Assembly: GCA_946409305.1 (NCBI GenBank)
Contig: CAMJVU010000002.1
Span: forward strand, 451 to 64,450
Source: an uncultured Cytophagales bacterium
GTDB taxonomy: Bacteria; Bacteroidota; Bacteroidia; Cytophagales; Amoebophilaceae
Length of the DNA: 64,000 nt
Direction: 5' to 3'
The notes beneath the pieces were generated by a model. The model did not search any database. It worked only from the letters and a program-made list of their open reading frames with translations, and had not been told where the DNA came from. Position numbers and translations under genes: made by a program. Positions 53,848 to 62,088 of the stretch are shown here, piece after piece (the stretch's first letter is position 1; each line of letters opens with the position of its first letter).

Positions 53848-54852
53848 TTATTCTGAACTATCATCATTCACAAATTGTTCATCCTGGTTGATATGGTCAA
53901 ACAAATTCCACGTTTTACCAATAAAAAATTCAAAATTACAAAAGGATAATAATACTTGTTTTTTTAAATAAAAAAGAAGATTATTTCTGTCAATCATAGC
54001 CAAGTCAACGATAACAAATCTAAAACCTAAAGTAAAACCATTAGAGTAGACCACTTTTAGTGGAGTAATTGTCAAATTAAACCCAAAATTTACCAGCAAA
54101 AATGCATCCTTAAAATAATAAACAGGTTCTTTAACAGGTTCTTTAACAGGTTCTTTAACAGGTTCTTTTAACACAACAGTGTAACTCTTGCCATAATACC
54201 TTTTCTTTATAAAAAAAGCCGGATCTTCGCCTTGTCCAAATATAGTCACACTATGAGGCGTCTTAGTAACCTTTACCCTATACTCACCTTCTTCTAATTC
54301 CGCAAGATTAAAATACTCATCACAATTAGTTCCTGGTTTTATGTTCACAAGACTTCCCAAAAGTACATTAAATGAGATATCTCCACCGAACTGTTTTTTC
54401 TCACTTTTATTATATTTCCATGTCATTCCACCACCAATTTGCAATATAGGAAAACAGTATTGACTACCCTCAGAAGTATTCTTTTCATTATATAAATTTC
54501 CCAACACCGTACATTTTGCGATGAGACCGATCTTCCAATTGAATGGATAATATTCATAGCAAAGGTTAGTTCTTAAAAGATAAAATAATCCAAACCAACC
54601 TTCAGTTTTTCTAAAATCAACAAATTTATTTAGAGCATAAACGATACTCCCAATATTTAATCCTCCACACGTAACAGATAAATGATGATTACCTCTAAAA
54701 ACAATATTGTCTCCATTATTATCAGGAAAACTTTTCACTTGAGTATCTTTTAACTCGTTGCCACTCTCTGGAATTATATTATCATTGCTAGACGCATTAA
54801 CAGAATTTAAGACTATAGTAACAACTAAATGTTGGAGGATTCTAAATTTCAT
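53848..54852 (-). CDS. Small beta-barrel OMP-like protein, family member P4, with about 70-aa insertion containing (KEPV)4
   Basis: MKFRILQHLVVTIVLNSVNASS signal. Family motifs HHLSVTCGGLNIGS, ILQIGGGMTWKYNK...GGDISFNVLLGS, FNLTITPLK and FEFFIGKTW. Between the middle strands there is an insertion, EYFNLAELEEGEYRVKV...VLKEPVKEPVKEPVKEPVYYF. Confidence 0.7.
   Translation of the reverse strand: MKFRILQHLVVTIVLNSVNASSNDNIIPESGNELKDTQVKSFPDNNGDNIVFRGNHHLSVTCGGLNIGSIVYALNKFVDFRKTEGWFGLFYLLRTNLCYEYYPFNWKIGLIAKCTVLGNLYNEKNTSEGSQYCFPILQIGGGMTWKYNKSEKKQFGGDISFNVLLGSLVNIKPGTNCDEYFNLAELEEGEYRVKVTKTPHSVTIFGQGEDPAFFIKKRYYGKSYTVVLKEPVKEPVKEPVKEPVYYFKDAFLLVNFGFNLTITPLKVVYSNGFTLGFRFVIVDLAMIDRNNLLFYLKKQVLLSFCNFEFFIGKTWNLFDHINQDEQFVNDDSSE
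54121..54168. repeat. 12-nt tandem repeat (AACAGGTTCTTT)x4, coding (KEPV)4 on the minus strand
   Basis: Read directly; four perfect units. Confidence 0.95.
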
Positions 54853-54903
54853 AAAATAAAATATTAATATTGCCATTTCATAAATAAAATATTAATATTG
54901 CAA
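54847..54903. repeat. Tandem duplication (29 + 28 nt) of the P4 translation-start region
   Basis: tttcataaaataaaatattaatattgcca / tttcataaataaaatattaatattgcaa. Each copy carries a minus-strand ATG. Confidence 0.9.
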
Positions 54904-55022
54904 TATCACTAATGCCAACTGCCCAAGTGAATATCTGTTAGTAACTTCATTCCTACTCAGAATTTGTTCTGCAAATTGAACATCTTTTTACTTTTAACAG
55001 GTTGCGTAAAAGATGTTTTTTG

Positions 55023-55775
55023 TTAAATGTCAATTTTGATTTTGGCATCAACATCTACTGTCAAATCTACCATCTTCCCGATAAATACTTCAATATTTCC
55101 GCCATTTATGAAAGTTAATATATCAGGGATACTGTTGTTTCTTTTCCCTATCAACCATCCTAGATCAAGAACACCGAAATTAATACCCCAATGGAGACCT
55201 GAGGGATAAACAATCTCAATTGGTGTCAACTTTAAGTTAACTCCAATATTTTTAGGTTTAAATTCGATACTAAGATCATCATCCAAAATACTTCCCCACA
55301 TCCCATTAGCAGTTAATCTTCCACTGCAACATCTCCTACTATTTTTTTTACTAGAACCATTGTGATTGTAACTCCAGATAATTCCAAAACCGATCTGCAA
55401 TATAGAACTGCCGTAGTCGTTGTTCCCAGTGATCGTGATATAACGATCTCCCAAAAAATTTATACCGTAACAAATTCCAAAACATCTATTAAACCAATAA
55501 GAACCTGAAACATGTGTGCGTAAAAATAACAGTAAAGCCCATGGTTGCAATTGAATAATACCTAATATTGGAATTGTATTTATTGCCCCTAATGTAAAAG
55601 AAAGTCGACTTTTACTATTGAGAGATAACATCTTACAATAACCTTTTTTATGATTTGATTTTCTCCTGGTGATATTTACAACTGAATTTTTATCGTTATT
55701 ATCAGGTAAAACAACACCATTAAATAGTATCAAAACAAAACAACATTTGGATTTTTGAAAGGATGATATCGACAT
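55023..55775 (-). CDS. Small beta-barrel OMP-like protein, family member P5
   Basis: Family motifs LSFTLGAIN, SYWFNRCFGI, ILQIGFGIIWSYNHNG...RRCCSGRLTANGMWGS, GVNLKLTPIE, WGINFGVLDLG and VFIGKM. Confidence 0.75.
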   Translation of the reverse strand: MSISSFQKSKCCFVLILFNGVVLPDNNDKNSVVNITRRKSNHKKGYCKMLSLNSKSRLSFTLGAINTIPILGIIQLQPWALLLFLRTHVSGSYWFNRCFGICYGINFLGDRYITITGNNDYGSSILQIGFGIIWSYNHNGSSKKNSRRCCSGRLTANGMWGSILDDDLSIEFKPKNIGVNLKLTPIEIVYPSGLHWGINFGVLDLGWLIGKRNNSIPDILTFINGGNIEVFIGKMVDLTVDVDAKIKIDI

Positions 55776-55779
55776 ATCT

Positions 55780-57162
55780 TCAACATACGATACTCCATGG
55801 TTCTAGTACTACCGGTTCTTTATTGTAAGCTTCTATGATATCATCATTTAAATATTTTTTATCTACAATACACTCATAAACATATTCACTGAACCATTCA
55901 TCCGACATTATAAATATTCCTTTTTTACCTACATCTTCTCCCCATGAATTCTGTACTTTCCAACGAACAGGTGCATTGTTGCTATCTAAATGAACGCCAG
56001 TTAGGGTCATAGCATGATTACATTCACTATTCAACAATAAAGCACGTTCCATCTTGTCGTATTTAAACTCAACGCCAAACATCTCAGATATATTAGATAC
56101 TTCTGTTGCCAGATAACCTTCTTCACGATACATTTCACTGGTCACGTCACAAGCAAACCATAATGGAGTGTTATCCTTCAATGATTTTATTGCTGTTTCC
56201 TTTATCAGATTTATCGGAACGTTTAAACTTTTATACGCGTTTTTACTAGTTTCTTCCATCATGTTTACGCAACCTTTATTCGTGTATGTTTGATAAAAAG
56301 GATACTGTAATGATGGATAATTTGTTAGAATTACGTAATCGTCAAGGTTGCACGATAAATATGTTTTCGAAAACTCCAGTGGAGTTGTTTTAATTGTTTT
56401 TATAACTTTTTTTTCCTCATCTTCATCCTTTTTCTTATCCTCATTCTTATTTTTCTTATCATCTTCAAGTTCGAAATCGAATGTAAACTCATCTACAGGC
56501 AAACCTATACATATGGCTAATATTTTATAAACTTCCTGTAGTGCATTTTCTTTTAAGTCGTAAACTACCTGTAAATCTTTGCTGTTCTTTCGAATTAAAG
56601 ATATATACTTAGTTACAACTGTATTGATCAGAATGTTCATCTCACAAGAACGAGAACTAACATCTGTTTCCCCCATTGCTTCTTTAGGACATATTCCATA
56701 TTTCTTCACCAATTTTACAAAATAGTGCCAAAAACCACCATCATTATCTCCAGATAAAAGCAGATCATATCTAAGTACACGAGAATCAATAGGTTCATTG
56801 ATGTGTTTGATTATATATTCAAGAGTAGTATTGGTTTTTTCAAGTTTATCATAAAACATCAAATAAGATTCAGATAACTCAATATCCTTGACATGTAGAT
56901 TTTTCTTTACAATTTCTCTCAATATATTCAAACCGGCGAACATCCAACATCTTCCAGACTTTTTCTGATTTGTAACGCTGGACATATCTTTAACTTCAAC
57001 GTTGAATATTGGTTGTAGCTTGAAAGACTCCTGCGTATTGAAGGCAGAATCAAATACTCCATTATTTTGTACTGCATTGCTAACGATTCTGAAATTTTTA
57101 TCTAGTAAAACACTGTTTTTCATCCTTTGTAAATCGTTTGTAGTTATTGTTTTATTACCCAT
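55780..57162 (-). CDS. pepC: Aminopeptidase C / bleomycin hydrolase (peptidase C1B)
   Basis: Catalytic Cys wording QKKSGRCWMFAGLN and His region CNHAMTLTGVH. It has a K/D/E-rich insertion DDKKNKNEDKKKDEDEEKK. Confidence 0.9.
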   Translation of the reverse strand: MGNKTITTNDLQRMKNSVLLDKNFRIVSNAVQNNGVFDSAFNTQESFKLQPIFNVEVKDMSSVTNQKKSGRCWMFAGLNILREIVKKNLHVKDIELSESYLMFYDKLEKTNTTLEYIIKHINEPIDSRVLRYDLLLSGDNDGGFWHYFVKLVKKYGICPKEAMGETDVSSRSCEMNILINTVVTKYISLIRKNSKDLQVVYDLKENALQEVYKILAICIGLPVDEFTFDFELEDDKKNKNEDKKKDEDEEKKVIKTIKTTPLEFSKTYLSCNLDDYVILTNYPSLQYPFYQTYTNKGCVNMMEETSKNAYKSLNVPINLIKETAIKSLKDNTPLWFACDVTSEMYREEGYLATEVSNISEMFGVEFKYDKMERALLLNSECNHAMTLTGVHLDSNNAPVRWKVQNSWGEDVGKKGIFIMSDEWFSEYVYECIVDKKYLNDDIIEAYNKEPVVLEPWSIVC

Positions 57163-57298
57163 AATCTGTTATCTACGAACAATAATTTATTTTAAATTAC
57201 AAGAACGTGCTCATTTTAAATAAACTCACGTAATTTTGTACTCTATCAAATGCCTTCAAAATGAGTTAATATCCCGATAATGTTCTCAATATTTAAAT

Positions 57299-59752
57299 AT
57301 GCAGGATGAAACAACAGGTAAAAGGATAATGCCGATTGAGATTACTGATGAAATGAAGAAAGCATATATCGATTATTCGATGTCTGTCATTGTTTCTCGT
57401 GCTATCCCTGATGTTAGAGATGGATTGAAACCTGTTCAAAGGCGTATTCTTTTTACGATGAATGATCTAGGATTGCAACATAACAAGCCTCACAGAAAAT
57501 GCGTAAAAACTGTCGGAGAAGTTATGGGATCGTATCATCCACATGGGGACAGTTCTATCTACATGGCCATGGTCCATCTTGCTCAAAAATGGTCTTTAAG
57601 ATATGTACTGATTGATGGTCAAGGTAATTTTGGATCTATAGATGGTGATGAACCAGCAGCTATGAGGTACACTGAAGCTAGAATGAATAAATATGCAGAA
57701 GAACTCCTAGTAGACATAGATAAGGATACTATTGACTGGACTGTTAACTTTGATGAAACAAAAAAAGAACCAACAGTTTTACCATCCAAATTACCAAATC
57801 TTTTAATTAATGGGACTACTGGTATCGCAGTAGGTATGGCCACAAATATGGCTCCACACAACTTGAAAGAGGTTGTAGATGCTATAACAGCTTATATCGA
57901 TAATTTTGACATTACCGTAGAAGAATTAATGCAATACGTAAAGGGTCCCGATTTCCCAACAGGTGCTATTATATGCGGTACAAAGGGAATATTTGATGCT
58001 TACAATACTGGAAGAGGGCGCATTGTTGTTCGTTCCAAAACAGAAATAATTGAAGATAATCATGGAAGAGCGCAGATAATTGTTACTGAAATACCTTTTG
58101 GAGTAAATAAGGCCTTATTAATCGAAAAAATAGCAGAACTAGTCAATGAAAAAAAAATAGAAGGAATTTCTGATATCCGTGATGAATCTGATAAACAAGG
58201 ATTAAGAATATCTATAGATCTTAAGCGTGAAGCCGTTGCACAGGTGGTTTTAAATAATCTTTTTGCTAATACATCTTTACAATACGCTTTTAATGTCAAT
58301 AATGTGTGTCTTGTTCATGGCCGTCCGATGACATTGGGGCTTAAAGATTTGATAAGATATTTTTATGAACATAGACATGAGGTAACAGTAAGACGTACAC
58401 AATTTGAATTAAAACAAGCAAAAACTAGAATACATATCCTAAATGGATATATCATCGCTCTAGACAATATTGATCCAATCATCAAATTGATAAAATCTTC
58501 GAAAGATAGTTCAGAGGCTATATCAAAAATGAACACCGATTATGGTTTAGATGAAATACAAGCCAAGGCTATATTGGAAATGAAGTTACAACGTCTCACG
58601 GGATTAGAACGAGAAAAAATACAAAAAGAACACGATGAACTCGTTGATTTAATAAAACGCTTAGAATCAATATTAGCTGATGATGAACTAGTTAAAGAAA
58701 TAATAAAGAATGAATTAATAGATCTTAAAAACAGATGCTCTGACGCTAGAAGGACAGAAATACAACAGGACTTTTCTGATTTAACAACAAAAGATATTAT
58801 TCCAGATGAAGATGTTGTCATAACATTATCGAATCAGGGGTACATTAAGAGAACTAATCTTTCTGAATATAGGTTGCAAAATAGAGGAGGGGTAGGTGCC
58901 AAAGGATCTGCAACAAAAGAAGATGATTTTATCAAATATTTAACTATCTCTTCTACACATAAATTTCTACTAGCTTTCACTATTAAAGGAGAATTATATT
59001 GGGAAAATGTCTATGAATTACCTGAAGGAACTAAGAATTCTAAGGGACGTGCTATCCAGAATATATTCCCTATAGAACCAGATGATAGATTAGCGTGTGT
59101 CCTGAATGTCGAAGATCTTAATAATGAGGAGTATTTAAATTCTCACTATGTTGTTTTTTGTACAAAAAAAGGTATAATTAAAAAGACTATTTTGAAAGCG
59201 TATTCTAATGTTCGTTCTAGTGGTATTCACGCGATTAATATCGTCGATGGAGATGAATTGTTAGATGCGAAAATAACAGATGGATATCAAGAAATAATAT
59301 TGGCGACACGTGATGGTAAGGCTATCAGGTTTGATGAATCTAATGTAAGACCAGTAGGAAGAACTTCTATTGGTGTTAAGGGTATTGACGTAAGTGGCGA
59401 TAATGAGGTAGTTGGATTCGTTTCTATCGATCCTAATGACAAGACTAAAACATTATTAGTGGTTAGTGAACGAGGTTTTGGGAAAAGATCTGATATTGAG
59501 GATTACAGAATTACAAATAGAGGAGGTAAAGGTGTCAAAACCATCAATATAACTCCTAAAACTGGTAATTTGGTTTCTATTGAAAGTGTAAAACAAGATG
59601 ATGAATTGATGATTATAAATGATTCTGGTGTGGCTATAAGAATCAATGTTAGAGATATTAGAATTTCTAGTAGAGCGACACAAGGCGTTACATTGATAAA
59701 GGTACCAAAAGGAGAGGTTATAAAATCAATCGCAAAAATAGAATGTATATAA
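57299..59752 (+). CDS. gyrA: DNA gyrase subunit A
   Basis: YIDYSMSVIVSRAIPDVRDGLKPVQRRILF, HPHGDSSIY, AAMRYTEARM (catalytic Tyr) and C-terminal beta-pinwheel repeats. Confidence 0.95.
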   Translation: MQDETTGKRIMPIEITDEMKKAYIDYSMSVIVSRAIPDVRDGLKPVQRRILFTMNDLGLQHNKPHRKCVKTVGEVMGSYHPHGDSSIYMAMVHLAQKWSLRYVLIDGQGNFGSIDGDEPAAMRYTEARMNKYAEELLVDIDKDTIDWTVNFDETKKEPTVLPSKLPNLLINGTTGIAVGMATNMAPHNLKEVVDAITAYIDNFDITVEELMQYVKGPDFPTGAIICGTKGIFDAYNTGRGRIVVRSKTEIIEDNHGRAQIIVTEIPFGVNKALLIEKIAELVNEKKIEGISDIRDESDKQGLRISIDLKREAVAQVVLNNLFANTSLQYAFNVNNVCLVHGRPMTLGLKDLIRYFYEHRHEVTVRRTQFELKQAKTRIHILNGYIIALDNIDPIIKLIKSSKDSSEAISKMNTDYGLDEIQAKAILEMKLQRLTGLEREKIQKEHDELVDLIKRLESILADDELVKEIIKNELIDLKNRCSDARRTEIQQDFSDLTTKDIIPDEDVVITLSNQGYIKRTNLSEYRLQNRGGVGAKGSATKEDDFIKYLTISSTHKFLLAFTIKGELYWENVYELPEGTKNSKGRAIQNIFPIEPDDRLACVLNVEDLNNEEYLNSHYVVFCTKKGIIKKTILKAYSNVRSSGIHAINIVDGDELLDAKITDGYQEIILATRDGKAIRFDESNVRPVGRTSIGVKGIDVSGDNEVVGFVSIDPNDKTKTLLVVSERGFGKRSDIEDYRITNRGGKGVKTINITPKTGNLVSIESVKQDDELMIINDSGVAIRINVRDIRISSRATQGVTLIKVPKGEVIKSIAKIECI

Positions 59753-59857
59753 CAAAACATGACGCCATACTCTAAATCATTATTTTGTACAACTGAATTA
59801 CAGAATGTCCGATTAAAATAGCAGTACCACAAATTGCAATTTATTACTTATTTCCTA

Positions 59858-60247
59858 TTAAGTTAGCGTAAAACTCCAACCTAGTGCAACCTTAATATTA
59901 TTAATCGTTCCACTAACTACTGCACTTCCGAAACCACCTTCCCAAAATCTAAGAATATCAATAGATATAAAATTGATCTCTAACCTGAAAGGACCTTTAG
60001 TAAACTTAAACGGTACCACATTTATGCATAATGCTACGTTTTTAATCACCCTATCAAGTGACATATTCATCGTTATATCTCCTCCAAATGAACCATATTT
60101 CTGCTCAAAATTACTTCCTCTACCATTGTAGTTCCATAAAAATCCTACCCCTAAAGTTGAATAAAGATAAGAATTGTTACCATCGCTCTTAGAAGCACAT
60201 ATACAATCCAAGATCCCTACTCTTAGCACTATAAACATATTGATCAA
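59858..60247 (-). pseudogene. 5'-truncated member (P6) of the beta-barrel OMP-like family
   Basis: Only the C-terminal two thirds is present: LGVGFLWNYNGRGSNFEQKYGSFGGDITMNMSL, INVVPFKF and LGWSF. There is no signal peptide and no LS(V/I)T.GG block in frame. Upstream DNA (60248-60300) reads YIGSEGGTLVTK-stop in another frame. Confidence 0.5.
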
Positions 60248-60459
60248 GAGAACTACTTTGTAACCAAGGTGCCACCCTCACTACCGATATAAATCTCAAC
60301 AGTTGCTAACTTAACGTTGATAATAGTATAAAATAAATGGCATGAATAATTTCAATTTTGAGATTACATCACTCTTCAATACATCATTATAGAGTATTTT
60401 GTTATCTTCCTCAATTTAATTGATGAATATTTTCCAGTAAAATTTTACTATAATAAGAT

Positions 60460-61548
60460 ATGACTAACTTACTTACTGATCTGATTGTTGAAGATCAAAA
60501 CTTAAATGATTGCAAGTGCAATCAAAAGGACAAACACTTTTCTATTTATGAAAGACTACTCCAAATTTTTTATGTTAAAATTTGCACGGTTATAAAAAAT
60601 GTTAAACTACTGGGTTTCTATGCATTCAAAATGTCGTGGATGTTTTATGCTTATTGTAATTATAATCTTTGTTTAGCGAAAAAAGTAAACGATATTGAAC
60701 GTCAGGAAGCAATTAGTACAAACATAGAAAAATATGATAAAATACCTACTAGTACCACTAATAAAGAACAGAATCTCAATAGTTACGAAGATTATGAGAA
60801 ATTAGTGGCAAATATTGAGAAACAGAAAAAAAATAAACAAATTGATGATAATTGTTTTAGCAACTTTTTAGTCTTATATGGCATAAAAAAAACATCATAT
60901 AACGACTTCTTAGGTGCACATTACAAAGAACAAAGTGATTACAATTCTTATTTAAGAAAAACGTTAAAAGGTGAAACTAAAACAATTTTTTTCGAATACA
61001 TCTCTGAAAGAGAAACCAAAATGTTAAAAAATACTGACGATATTACTCACACAATTGCTAATGGAGTGGGTGGGTACGTAAATGAACCTGCAATGAGTAA
61101 AAACAAAAAGAATAATAAAATAGCTTTTGAGTCCATTGGAGAAAAGGAATACCTAAAAAATGGTAAAGTTAAAATAGAGAGAATTGATCATTTTGATGTA
61201 ATTCGTAAATGTTTCTTCACATTAGTCAACAAAAAATTGGAATTAGAAAAGTACAAGGATATAGAAGAAAGTGATGTAAAGAAATTTATATCTCCGTGTT
61301 TTAACCGTAATTTTACAATTGACAAAAATGAAAAACAACTAATAAACAAGAAAGTAGTACATCTTATTTTAGAAGCATTCTACGATATTTGTAAATTTCA
61401 CAACATTGCGTTTATTGCTCTATATCGAACTCAGGATTCAAGCTGTGAAAAAAATGCAGATGTTAAAGGTGCATACAAAGAAACGGGTGAAAAATTGAAT
61501 AACATATATAGCAACATTACTAAAAAGATTAACTATTGTGAACCGTAA
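60460..61548 (+). CDS. Hypothetical protein, no recognisable domain
   Basis: 362-aa ORF, Lys/Asn-rich, with one central-N-terminal hydrophobic stretch (LLGFYAFKMSWMFYAYCNY). Confidence 0.5.
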   Translation: MTNLLTDLIVEDQNLNDCKCNQKDKHFSIYERLLQIFYVKICTVIKNVKLLGFYAFKMSWMFYAYCNYNLCLAKKVNDIERQEAISTNIEKYDKIPTSTTNKEQNLNSYEDYEKLVANIEKQKKNKQIDDNCFSNFLVLYGIKKTSYNDFLGAHYKEQSDYNSYLRKTLKGETKTIFFEYISERETKMLKNTDDITHTIANGVGGYVNEPAMSKNKKNNKIAFESIGEKEYLKNGKVKIERIDHFDVIRKCFFTLVNKKLELEKYKDIEESDVKKFISPCFNRNFTIDKNEKQLINKKVVHLILEAFYDICKFHNIAFIALYRTQDSSCEKNADVKGAYKETGEKLNNIYSNITKKINYCEP

Positions 61549-62088
61549 ATTTGAACTTGATTTGTTTCATGTCGAGTTATTTATCGATGTAAGAAGTGTT
61601 TTTGCGAGGGATAAAAAAGTAACAACTGTTTAAAAATTCACTTCGATCTCCTATTTTTTTGATTAAGTTTGAGTACAAAAACAACCATGATTATTTTTAT
61701 GGCTCTAGTAAATTTAACAAATTCTGACTGTCTATAAAATCTAGATTAACAAACCATAGCATTACTGTAGATCTATGAATTTTTCATCGCAAAAATTACA
61801 ACTATGAAAAAAAATAAAAATTTTAGGGACGCGTTGTATCATTATCATTAGAAGTGTCATAGAAAAGATAATCAATCTTGTTAGATAAATTGTTCAGTTG
61901 TACATAGTTGCAATAATAGAAAAAGCCATGAAGAATCAGATAAACTTTTGTGATAGACAGGTGATTGAGAGATAGAATGAGTAGGAATAAAGAAAACGAC
62001 AACTTACAAATAAATTCTTCAACATTTGAAGTTTTGTTCATCTAGTAGAACACGATATTTTGATTCTTGTTTTTTGTTTTACTATAGT

